The position numbers and the translations under genes were made by a program. Source: Heptranchias perlo (Eukaryota). Taken from it: a DNA stretch of 64,000 nt. This document shows, in pieces, positions 1 to 14,008 of the stretch. The stretch spans positions 13,516,001-13,580,000 of the forward strand of contig NC_090359.1 in assembly GCF_035084215.1 (NCBI RefSeq), read 5' to 3'. The notes beneath the pieces are model-generated. The model was not told the origin of the DNA and did no database searches. It saw nothing but the letters and a program-made list of their open reading frames with translations. How positions within the stretch are numbered: position 1 is the first letter of the stretch; every line of letters starts with the position of its first letter.

Positions 1-199
1 CTGGGAAATCTCCTCTCCATCCTCTCCAAGACCTTGACCTCCTCAATAAATTATAGTGCCCAGAATTGGACACAATACTTCAGATGAGGCCTGAACAATG
101 ATTTATAAACGTTTAACATAACTTCCTTGCTTTTGTGCTCTATTTCTCTATTATTAAGCCAAGGAACCGGATGCTGTTTTAACGGTTTCACCAACTTCT

Positions 200-720
200 G
201 CTGCCGCCCTCCGCTCTAATCCCATTGCCCGTCTCTCGGTCCTGTCCCCGGGCTCGGGGACTCTCGGCCGGTCCAGGGCCCTTTAAGAGGGACGCGCCAC
301 ACTGCGCATGTGCGCCGTTTATTTAAATCAAACCGCGCGATTCAAAGGAAAAGTGACGTCAGTTTCCGTCACAATAAAAACCGCTCGTTCTCAACCGAAA
401 AAACGGAAAGTTTGTCTCGCGACACAACAGGAAGCGGTCACTGATCCGGCGGGTGATGTGCGCATGTGCGAACATTCTCCCAGAGTGCAGCGCGGCCTGT
501 CTCACAGATGGGGCCTTTTCTCCGCCGCTCTGCATTGTGGGAGATTCGGCCGCCATGACGGGCCCGGGTCACCGAGTTCATCCAATCACAGGTGAAGCTT
601 CCCGGATTGGTGGAACCGACAGAGTGCAGGTGGTCTGTGGAGCGAGAGAATCTCTGAGAAGAGGGGCAGCCAATTGGGGAAATCACAGGAGGTGGTGACC
701 GGTCATAAACCCAATCGGTG
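200..720. promoter_or_regulatory. CpG-rich promoter-like region (NRF1-like, CRE-like, ETS and CCAAT motifs)
   Basis: High CpG density; TGCGCATGTGCG twice (~303, ~459), GTGACGTCA (~352), CAGGAAG (~428), CCAAT at ~582, 671, 712. No associated exon identified in the window. Confidence 0.5.
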
Positions 721-799
721 AATGACGGATTGAACCAAGGAAAGGAATGAAGAAACTCGACTGGGACCTGTGGGAACAGGCGGACTAATAAATTTAACC

Positions 800-1435
800 C
801 GTGTCCAGTTCAGGTCACCACATTACAGGAAAGATGGGATTGGACCAGAGAGGGTGCAGAGGAGATTTACAAGGATGTTCCAGGACTGGAGAATTTTAGC
901 TGTGAGGAAGGATTGGATCGGCTGGAGTTGTTTTCATTGGAACAGAGGAGGCTGAGGGGGGATTTAATTGAGGTGTATAAAATTATTGGGGGCCACGCGG
1001 ACTGCGTCACTTCAAGGCGGCAACTCACCCCCACCCTCTCAAAGGCAAATGGGATGGGCAATAAATGCTGCCCTTGCCAGTAACACCCACATCTCATGAA
1101 CAAATAAAAAAAGAATATGAAGGTCCTATATCCCTTAGCAGAGAGGCCAATAACCAGGGGGCATATATTTCAAATAATTGGAAGAATTCGAGGGGATCTG
1201 GGGATAATTTTTTTCACCCAGAGGGTGGTGTGGGTTTGAACCTGACTCGCTGAAAGGGTGGTAGAGGCAGAAACCAACATCGCTTTTTATAAGTACTTGG
1301 ATGCGCACTTGAAGTCCCGTCACCTGCAAGGCTGCGGACCAAGACCAAGAGTGCGATGAGGCTGGATAGCTTTTTCAGCTGGCACAGACAATGGGCCGAA
1401 TAGCCTCCTTCTGTGCTGTAAATTTCTATGATTCT
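800..1435 (+). mobile_element. Degenerate CR1 LINE 3' fragments, interrupted by another LINE 3' tail (~1030-1112)
   Basis: ERVQRRFTRM motif and CR1-type 3' end ending TTCTATGATTCTA. Confidence 0.7.
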
Positions 1436-3479
1436 ATAACGCCTAGGTTCAAATGTAACATGGCAAAAGATACATGTCTACGGTTCAAAAAAATATCTTT
1501 ATAGGGAGGGGACAATGTAGAGTTCTGCCCGAAAATGTTGTTCACACAGACTCCATGAATTATTTTAAATGGGAATAATAGTGGAGGCACCTTGGAACAG
1601 AGGAACATTAAATTGGATGAGGGGGCGAGAGGAAAGTCACCTGTTTCTGTCCTGTAAGATCCTAAGCTTCATTGAGAATGAATTCATGAAGCATTTCTAC
1701 ATGGTATTTTGTTGCAACATTTTAAAAATACCCCAAAGTAGTTCTCCTGGTGTCCTGGCCAGTATATCCAGTTTGTAAAGCCTCCCTGAAATGTTTACAT
1801 GTAAATCAGACAACAGTCAGAAGAGGGTAGGATGGCCCTACACTACACTACAATGTATTGTCATCTATTGGGTTTAATGTTTCCTAACATTATTTATCAA
1901 TAGTGTGAGGAAGCTCAGAGTGAAAGTGAGGAGGGGCCGTCTGACTGCAGTTTCCACTGGAAGAAAAATCACCTTGTGTGTAGTAAGCAGAAATGAATTG
2001 CTATTGTTAAAAGTTCCCACTAACTTATTGTGATTCTACTGCAACAGAACGAGCCTGGATCTCCTGCTATGTTTAAACACTAAACTTCAGTGATTATAGC
2101 TTAAGTAAAATATTACTATGATTTGATTTAAATGGAGGAATGGTTTCCACCTGCCAAAGAATGTTGTCTGAAGCGAGGGTGTTTACTGCTAACAGCTCCC
2201 ATCTGTTTAATAGACCCCCTGAATGTCTGATTTACCAAAAAGAAAAACCCAGCTCAGTAAAGATAAACAAATATGCTCTTATTAAATCTGAAGAACATTT
2301 TATGAACAAATTTCAGTATTTCAAAGGCAAGGTTGTCCCAGACATGGATTGTACCCAATTCACTGTAAAGTTATAAAGACACAGCCAGTTTAACGACCAG
2401 GGGACAGAACCTCGAAGTTCGAATTAGGACTTTCAGGAATGAAGTTAAGAGACACTTCTGCACGCAAAGATTGGGAGAAGTTAGGAACACTCTTCCACAA
2501 ATGGCAGTTGATGCTAGCTCAATTGTTAAATCTATTATCTCAGGTTAAAATTTTGTTAATCAAAAAGGTAAGGGATATGACTAAGGCAGGTATATGGAGT
2601 TATGTCACAGATCAACCATGATCTCATTGAATGGTGGACCAGGCGAGAGGGGCTAAATGGCCAACTCCTGTTCCTATTGCCACCCCTCAAATATAGTGAA
2701 TGATAAACAATAACGTAATCTGAAAAATAGGACTAACTACTTACAATACAATCCTGAGGGCCTGCCGTGAGGGGAAGCTGAGGATAACGAAACTTCAGTC
2801 TGTGCTCACGAGAAGACAGGTGAAATTCAAATCCAACAGAGGTAAATCACAACCGCTGGGCTCCCCGTCCCTCGCACTCTGTGCCTGTACCCAATGAGCA
2901 CAACATTGCCCCCTGTGAACATTAATCTTTACACTGGGCATTGGAAATTTACTTGGAGCCCCAGCCCAACAAAACAAAGATCTTCACACCAGGGGCAGAG
3001 ATCTTCAATCTTGGAAGAGAGTTCAAGTCCACCCACTTTCAATCCTATTGGTGTTTGGACAATTAGCTCCAAATGGGAAAGTTTAGGAGTTTGGAGCCCT
3101 TGTGCGGATTCGAGTGATCAATGGCCACAGAGCACCAAGGGAATGATTGTGCAGTCAACCACCCGGCACCAGTACTTCAGGCCAGTCCCATTGTCCCTTC
3201 AGAGCTCATTGACCTGCACAATGAGGGCCTGGCAAGCCTTCACCCATTGCTGCAGCCATCCCTGGACTGGGCCTGGATACACTATTACCAGCCATTCTGC
3301 CACTAGTTACATGGACCCATTTCAACCCATTTCACTAACAGTAGGAACTGACGGAGGAGTGCAGTGTGTTACTAACACGGTATTGAGCACTCATTGTGTC
3401 GTTGACTGGAGACAGTGAGAAATGAGCAACCAGCCATGAGAAGATACAAGTGGTCACTGCTTTATTGGTCATTTGATAA

Positions 3480-6332
3480 CTAGATAAACTGGGTTTGCTT
3501 GTGTTTCCTGTTCAGGAATAAGGCAATCCAAGAAGCAGAGATCAGAGAGACAGCGGTCACAGTCAGGGCCAAGATCAGGACCACCTCAGACGCCACACCT
3601 ATAAAGCAACAAGAAACCAATGGTTAGTGAAGGAAATACTGAGGGGAAAATGGAAACTAGCAGTCGGCCAACTCACCACCTGGAGACCTCTCCTGCATCC
3701 TTTGCTCAACCTCATTAAGGGGCTCAGTTGCCAGGTCTGTCACATGAGGATCCAGAATGACCAAGGGTCCAAGTGAGGCCTCACCCTCCCACTTCAACTC
3801 AGCATCACTCTCTGCAATATCAAACATTCCAGTTAGAGAGTAAAGGGTGACCTCCAACAATCAAGAGGATCAATGTCCTACCAGGTCCAGATACAAGATC
3901 CCTCCTTCCTGTGGAATCAACGAGGAAATCCCTTGTGGCACTGCAGTTGCCCAGATGACAACAGGCACACACGTCATTGGTCGATTCTTCCAATGGGGTC
4001 CAGCTCAACCAGAGAATCAGTTTATCAACCAGGTTGTCCATCACCCTTTAATCAACACATCCCTGAACGAGAGAGGGAACTTACATATTCTGGAAAGTAC
4101 AAGCCTTGTTCATGGAATCTCTCCGATCCACTGCAGCAACTTTCAGGTGACAGGTGATGAAAATCTGAGGGACACATTCAATACAAGTTGTTATTTCGTG
4201 ACCTCCTCCCAACATGGGGAACCCAATGTTTGGCTTCCTCTTACCAAGGAACGGTCATCTCCAAAGAAGCGGAACGCATCCAGGTCAAACTGGAGTTTGT
4301 CCAGCTCACGTTCACCTCTTGGCAACACAAAGGTTGAAAAGGAGTCCTCAGCTTTGCTGTCCAGGAGGCAACTGAAGAAAGATTTAAAAAGGGACAAAGT
4401 GAATTAAGTGAACCGATTGAGACAGAACCAGCTGGAGAAAGCAGAGAGCTCCTTACCCATGGGAGTCAATGATGTTGTATCTTGGGGTGGAATCCTTGTC
4501 TGGGCTCAATGTAGCTGCACAGCTGTCAATGTAGAGCTTCAAGGGCATGTGGTTGGTCATTGAAACAGAGGCCTCAATGTGAATGAGGTCACCCAGGTAG
4601 TAGACAGTCGAGGTGCGCTCTGTAAACCAGTCATCTGAAGTACAAGAGGAAAAGGGTTGGAGACAGTGGGTGTAACTCCCAGTGGGAGACGACAGAAAAG
4701 CACTCCCCATCCACCCATCACATACCGTTCATAAGACGCAGTGAGAATGACAGAAGCCCTTCTCCAGACTTGGTCGAGCTGAATGGGATCCAGGTGGGCT
4801 TGATAGGGTCACTGCTCACATTGCCCTTCCTGAAAGGACAGTACAGTAATTTCAGGACAACTTCACAGAACTGCACCTGCTGTAGACCTTATTTGCAATA
4901 GAGTAAAGATTCTTACCTGAAATAGTGGCACTCAATGGGAATGACTGCTCCATTAGTTCTCACAATAACAGATCCACGAGCATTTGGGGTGTGGTTCAGG
5001 TGGGTGGTGTCGACCAGGAAATCGCCAGCCATCTGAAAGACATCAGGTTAAGGAATGAAGAGCTGGTCTCATTGAACAAAAGCTATTTCTGGTCATTTTC
5101 CTACCCTGTTAAGCAGAAGTTTAAGGGGTTTCAGCTGCTCCTCAATGACACATGATTGAAGCAGCTCCACCATTGGTTGAAGTTGCCTGGAGCAGCCTCT
5201 GTTACTCTGCTCAGTCCACCTTCTATTACAGGGGACTTCAGGCCTGCAGTCAGAAACCCCTGAAATGATTGGCACTGCCAGATTTGATGAGCATTCTTTC
5301 CCATATAGATTAGAGCTTTCACCTAAAGGGGCTCAAGTTACCCCTGATATGGAGCACAAAACACAACATCACATTTAAATCTCATCTGTGTCCGTGGAAT
5401 CAATCGTATTGGCAGGTGTAACAACCAAAAGTGGAGTTCCCCTTCAATACAGTGTATCCCAATTATTGTTCCACTTGTTTCATCTTTCAAGGGAAGTCTC
5501 AACAGGAACTTCCACACTGAACATTCATTGACCACAAGTTGAGGCAACAGGCCTGAATATCCACAGGAAGGAACGGAAAAGATAAATCAATTGAGGCACA
5601 AAAGAACAGAGTGGTTTGGAGAAATGCAGGTGAAGGTTCAAGGTCAATAGAATTGAATCTCAGAGTTAGAGAGCGGCAATGACCCATTTAAGAAAGATGC
5701 AGTCCCTCAGTGACAAGTTGAAGTTCTTTTTAAATATAAAGCGAAGATTGACATGTCAACATAAAGAAGTAGTTTCACACAGGGTGATACTTCACAGTGG
5801 GCAAAAATTTATACACAGATTTCATTCAGGGATCTCCTCAGTGGCTGGAGTTTCACCCGATGTTAATGAGTTCAGAGTGGGCAGTAATCTACACAGTGAA
5901 ATTGGAGCAAGAGTTGAGGAATCACATTACCTGCAATCTGCTGCCACATTCATGGAGCCCATAGTCAAAGAGGACAGTGTGGTTCTGAGAGTAGATCCCA
6001 GTTGGCCGATAACCTGCTGTCTCCAGGGTCAGGTCAGCAGCTTTAATCAGGTGCCTGGTTCTAAATAAATCCATGTCTACCCTCACCAGCAGGTTCTGCT
6101 CTCCACACTGCACCATCACAGTCTGCAGTGGAGACAGACTTCTCCCCTCAGACACACTGAAATGGGAACCAAAGGGAGGGACAGGGAGAGGGACTCTCTG
6201 GGGCACAGGGGTGGGTTTTACTCTTCTCCATGGAAATCTCTGCCCTCTAAACTGTTGCCAAATATCAGAGCAACAAACCACTCCAACTAACACCAGCACT
6301 GGGAACAAACCTCTCACTACAAAATCCCCCAT
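3480..6332 (-). CDS. zp3: Zona pellucida sperm-binding protein 3-like (ZPC) copy 1; 9 exons: 6332-5931, 5032-4917, 4829-4726, 4634-4457, 4371-4245, 4164-4085, 4003-3882, 3811-3677, 3598-3480; ~460 aa
   Basis: Signal peptide; ZP-N (VQCGE, HECGS, IECHY); ZP-C ([40 protein letters not shown]); ZP3 Cys cluster CACCHLGNC; EHP LGPLVIL; TM exon. GT-AG introns keep frame (1383 nt); AATAAA at 3466-3461. Confidence 0.9.
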
Positions 6333-6377
6333 GATACCAAATAACTCAACTATCACTTTACCCACCAACCAGCACCC

Positions 6378-6688
6378 TTTTTTTCCCTTTTTTTTTGTGT
6401 TTTTTAGGCCCCCCTTTTATAAGAAGGGGGGGGGGGTGTAGGGTGTGCTTAAGTACTAAAAACCAAATAAAACGAAACCAGGCATCAAAATAAATTTTAT
6501 TTTCCTCGTCCAGGATGCACTCCAGCCCCTGCAGTGCCCACCGGTCGCGGAAAGCCTCAAGCGTACCGGCAGACACCGCGTGCTCCATCTCCAGGGCCAC
6601 CCGGGCGAGGAGCAACCCGCGAAAGAGAGGCAGACAAGCCGAGCGCCCGCCCCCACGGACCGCGAGCATCCTGGACCTGTGGATATCC
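6378..6688 (-). mobile_element. Tx1-clade LINE 3' fragment with A-rich tail abutting the ZP3 5' UTR
   Basis: ORF2 C-terminus (ALEMEHAVSAGTLEAFRDRW...LECILDEENKI), family 3' UTR, A tail joined to GGGTGCTGGTTGG. Confidence 0.9.
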
Positions 6689-6719
6689 AGGATGCACTCC
6701 AGTTTCGTCTAGTTTTCTG

Positions 6720-7995
6720 GTGGGTCAGTGGCGGGTGGACTCCCTGCCGGAGGAGCTCAGGCCTTTCGCCTGGAGTACCACGCACCTCCGGTACCTGGGA
6801 GTCTACCTCGGCCCGGCCGAGGAAGCCTGGCCGGCGAACTGGGAAGAGCTGGAGGCCAAGGTCGCCGCTCGCCTGGCGCGCTGGACAGGACTGCTCCGAG
6901 TGTTATCCTACAGGGGTCGAGTGCTGGTCATAAACCAGCTGGTGGCCGCCATGTTGTGGTACAGGTTGGTCACTTTGATCCCACCCCCCGAATTTGTCGC
7001 CAAGATTCAGAGGAAGTTCGTCGACTTCTTCTGGGCCAGAGGGATACACTGGGTCGCTGCCGCGGTCCTGAGTCTCCCGCTTAGGGAGGGCGGTCAGGGG
7101 CTGGTGTGCGTCCGCACCCAGGTGGCAACTTTCCGCCTTCGGACGCTGCGGTGATACCTGTACGTTGAGCGTCCTCTTAGATGGCGTGCGCTGGCGACGT
7201 ATTTTTTCCGCCAGCTGCACGGCCTGAACTCCGACACGCAGCTCCTGTTCGTCTCGCTGCTGGGCGGCCGCATGTCTTCCTCGCCCTCGTCTCTCGGCCG
7301 GACACGCCCTGGCGTACCATCCTGCTGTCCGGCGGAGACGGGGGTTCCCAGTGGGGTGCTCTCTACTCAGGGATCCTCCCGTGTTCCATCGGGGATCTGG
7401 GGTGGAGGGTGGCGTACGGAGCAGTCGCGTGCAACCGGCGGTTACGCCATTTCACGGACACCCAGGCCGCTTGTGATTTCTGCGGCCTGGAGGAGTCCGT
7501 GTTCCATCTGTACACTGGGTGTGCGAGACTGCAGCCCCTGTTTGATTATTTGAAGGGGCTGCTCCTCAAGTTCTGGCTGCATTTCAATCCCACGCTCCTG
7601 ATCTTTGGCCGCCCGGTGAGGAGGGGAGCGGGCAGGTCGGTGGACGTCCGCGTGGGCCTGCTCCTGGGCCTGTCCAAGGTGGCCATCCACAGGTCTAGGA
7701 TGATCGTGGTCCGTGGGGGCGGTCGCTCGGCCTGTCTGCCTCTCTTCCGCGGAATGCTCCGCGCCCGGGTGGCCCTGGAGATGGAGCACGCGGTGTCTGC
7801 CGGTACGCTCGAGGCTTTCCGCGACCGGTGGGCACCACAGGGGCTGGAGTGTATCCTGGACGAGGAGAATAAAATTTTAATTTGAACACTTGGTTTTGGT
7901 TTGTTTGGTTTTAGTATTTAAGCACACCCCACACCCCCCTCTTATAAAAGGGGGGCCTAACAAAATTAAAAAAAAGAAAAAAGGAAAAAAAAAAA
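6720..7995 (+). mobile_element. Tx1-clade LINE, 5'-truncated and internally deleted
   Basis: RYLGVYLG, LSYRGRVLVIN, LPLREGGQGL, zf-RVT CDFCGLEESVFHLYTGC, 3' UTR and A tail. Confidence 0.92.
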
Positions 7996-8446
7996 TCTGA
8001 AAGTGAAATAAAAATCTGAAAGTTTCTCTTTGTTTCAATCTCTTGGAATCATAACTTTGAATTATTTGATAATAATTTGATATTTTCACTGAAGTGGCTT
8101 TTCATAATCTGTTCAAGTTTATTACTTGTTAGTGATTGTGATGTTGAGACAATATTCAAAGCAATCAAGTTGTCTTGAGTGAATTTGCAAACCATCCATT
8201 GGTCAGAGAAATGGAAATTCCATCCCATGGATGGTGTGAATCGTCCCCAGTTCTAATATAGAGAATGGGTGTGTCTGAGGATTGGCAGCATGGGGGCATC
8301 AACTGGGCAAAGCATTGTGGGATGTGTCATTTTTAGTTTTGATTCTCATGAAATGTTGTTTGGTAAAATTCAGGATATTCAGCGAGAATGAGAGGCAGTG
8401 AAGATTACTGAATGCAATGTCACCCACACAAACATCTCCATTTGTG

Positions 8447-8815
8447 TCAGCTGTGGCTCAGTGGCAGCACTCTCACCTCAGAGTCAGAAGATTGTGGGTT
8501 CAAGTCATCATCCAGAGACTTGAGCACATAATCTAGGCTGACTAAGGGAGTGCTGTACTGTCGGAGGTGCCGTCTTTTGGATGTGATATTAAATCGAGGC
8601 CTCATCTGCTCTCTCAGGTGGACGTAAAATATCCCACAGCACTATTTCGAGGAAGAGCAGCGGAGTTCTCCCCAATATCTGGACCAATATTTATCCCTCA
8701 ACTAACATCACTAAAACAGATTATCAGGTCAATATTTCATTGCTGTTTTTGGGTCCTTGCTGGAGGCAAATTGACTGCCGCATTTCTTACCTTACAACAG
8801 TGACTACACCTCAAA
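8447..8815 (+). mobile_element. tRNA-derived Deu-domain SINE (SacSINE1-like)
   Basis: A box TGGCTCAGTGG, B box GGTTCAAGT, Deu core GAGGTGCCGTCTTTTGGATG...AAATCGAGG. Confidence 0.75.
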
Positions 8816-8949
8816 GGTGCGAACTATGCAGCAGTCAAAGCTACCAGATAATCCACACTGACTCGTAAAATTATGGCTCAACAACGTATGAAATGTGGTG
8901 ACATTGATATCCCAAAAGTGCCTTTAGAGATCATAATATCCTACTATTA

Positions 8950-9240
8950 CAGCACAGAAAGAAGCCATTCAGCCCATTGTGCCTATGCTGCCTCTTTGAA
9001 AGAGCTATCCAATTAGTCCCACTCCCCTGCTCTTTCCCCCTTCAAGTATTTATCCAATTTCCTTTTGAAAGTTATTAAATCTGCTTCCACCACCCGATGA
9101 GGCAATGCATTCCAGATCAGAACACTGAAAAAAGTTTCGTGTCACTTCTGGTTCTTTTACCAATCACCTTAAATCTGTGTTTGCTGGTTACTAACCGGTC
9201 TGCTACTGGAATCAGTTTCCCCTTATTTACTCCATCAATA
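8950..9240 (-). mobile_element. CR1 LINE 3' fragment
   Basis: Reverse complement of the CR1 3' end also seen at 61230-61670. Confidence 0.65.
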
Positions 9241-10604
9241 TAAAGATATTAACATGGACTGACTGAAGACGGCAATTCTATCACACCCAGTGCAAGTCAC
9301 AAGTTCCTAAACTTCACTTGGAAACACTGGATAATTACAGCTACAGCATCAACATTTGAATCCATTCATAGGGGTGAAGGAGATGAATGGAGAACCCATA
9401 GGATTTGGAAAGGTTGATTACAATTTGGTATGGAACACACAATAGGACTATAGGCAAATCGACACATTTATGGAGGAGCTGATTGTATTGTGTTTATGAA
9501 TTGATGGCATTGGGATGTGGAGTTTCAGGCAAAATATCTATTTAACTTGGTTTAAATGAAATGGTGATCCAGTAGAATTTAGAATTGTAATCTAGTATTA
9601 ACTGCACAATGGGATAAATACAAATTGATAGATTTATGGATGAGCTGCTTATATTGGGTTTATGAATTGATGGAACAGTAGTGGTATGGAAGAGTTTAGG
9701 AGCCTTATCTATTCAACTTAATGGTTCAAGTTAGTTGTTTAGTGCATTTACTACGTCTCCCAGAAGGAAGATTTTGTTTGCTGGAGTTTAGTTCGAGCTA
9801 TTTTTTCTGTACCATACCCAATTTATTATTCATGGGGGAGATTAACATGGGGTGGGGGGGCAGAAGATGAAAATGAAGGGAAATAGACAAACAGGGAACC
9901 TGCACTCCCCCATATGAGACCTATTTGACTCCAAACAAACAGTTTATTAGGAGTAATAGTGAGTGATTTCATAAGCTACCCCAACTACCTACTGAGGTCT
10001 GTAGCATCTTTGAAAAAAAAGCATCTGGATTGTTCTTCCCCAGGCAGATACTATTGTTTTAAAAATTGCCTATTGGACTGAAATTACTAGTTCACTTTCC
10101 TTGTGTTTTATTGGAACAAAATGTTACAGCAGCTGGTTTTGCATCATTAATGAGTTAAACAGTTGATAATATGCAGTACTAATAGGAACAGTAACTCATT
10201 ACTGTATTGTTCTTTGCATTGAAATCAGCAGTAATCATTTTACTGCATAAATACAATTTACACGCAAGGCAGACACATTGGCCCTCAACACCCAAGTCAC
10301 TACATTGATATGACCCCAGAAGAAAAAATGTCATGGGCAGAATCTCACCCGAAAGCCAATACATAGCCCAATGTAATTTGTTACAACAGCTGAATTATGT
10401 TAATCTGAAAAATAAGCAATCACTCAATTTACAAGGAGCCAAAACCCAGTCTTCTGTAACAGTTTATTTCCAGTTACTATTACATTTCACATCAAGAGCC
10501 CAGGTCTCACAGCTCTTAGCACAAAGTCACCATTGCTACAGGATAGGGGTTCTTCAGACTATAAACAGGAGTACTGAACAATAAGCTTTGTCCCTGCAGT
10601 CAGT

Positions 10605-13165
<2,561 letters not shown>

Positions 13166-13239
13166 CTTTAAATTAAATTTAACAAAACTAAACAACTCTA
13201 TTGAAGCAAGAAACTGAAAAACAGCCACCCAAAGCTCCA

Positions 13240-13430
13240 TATTTATACTGCTGGTTAATCCTGGGCGTGTCAGCCTAGATGATGAGTGACAGTTGGCAAT
13301 ACCCAATCAGAAATTACATCCTCTCTCAGAACACCAATCAAGAAAAGAGAGGAGGGGAGATGACACCCAGAGCCAGTCAGAACTTTGAAGGAGGAGCATC
13401 ATTGGCTGACAATTCAATAAAGATCCAATT
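13240..13430 (-). promoter_or_regulatory. Ferritin copy 1 promoter: TATA box and multiple CCAAT boxes
   Basis: TATAAATA on the minus strand at ~13247-13240; CCAAT/ATTGG at ~13303, 13334, 13401, 13425. Confidence 0.6.
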
Positions 13431-13470
13431 GCTTTGACTTTCCTCAAACTGTAAAATCTGTTTCCGTAAC

Positions 13471-13637
13471 CGGTGGGCACCGCAGGGACTGGAGTGCATC
13501 CTGGATCGATGTAATAAAATTATAATTTGACACTTATTTTGGGTTTATTGATTTACTGCACATAAACACAACCAACCCCCCCTCCCCTTCTTATAAAAGG
13601 GGGGCCTAAAACACAAAAAAAGGAAAAGCAAAAAAAC
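13471..13637 (+). mobile_element. Tx1 extreme 3' fragment upstream of ferritin 1
   Basis: CGGTGGGCACCGCAGGGACTGGAGTGCATCCTGGA, then 3' UTR with TATAAAAGGGGGG and A tail. Confidence 0.85.
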
Positions 13638-13925
13638 CATGGCTGCTCTTCCATCCCACACTCCAAAGAAAAAAAAATCTGATCGTGACCATATTCTTGA
13701 CCATAATCGACCTTTCTTTGATGGACCAATAAGGGAGACTCTGGGTTGCCCCAGGGTCACCAAACATAAACCATCACAAGTGGCCCTCTCAGGGCACCAC
13801 TAATATTGGATGGTCCAATCAAACTGAAAAGATACCAAAATAAGCATCAAGTGCCACCAAAAACAACAGGATACTTTCCCAATTAATTCCGGATTCTATT
13901 ATTGATGTCTGAAAGACAGTCTATA

Positions 13926-14008
13926 CCCTGCGGTGCCCAGCGGTCGCGGAAGGCATCAAGCGTAACGGTGGACACCACATGCTCCCTCTCCGGGGCCACC
14001 CGGGCACT
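13926..14008 (-). mobile_element. Tx1 ORF2 C-terminal fragment
   Basis: Matches the RVALE.EH.VS..TL.AFRDRWAPQG segment. Confidence 0.7.

Noticed and set aside
2894-3418. 174-aa ORF downstream of ZP3
   Set aside because: No recognisable domain or splice context; may be an old TE relic but cannot be supported.
6378-7995. DNA transposon with terminal inverted repeats
   Set aside because: The inverted ends are LINE 3' ends with A tails; no transposase and no TIR-type TSD.
8452-8520. tRNA gene
   Set aside because: SINE head: A/B boxes run into the Deu domain with no cloverleaf.
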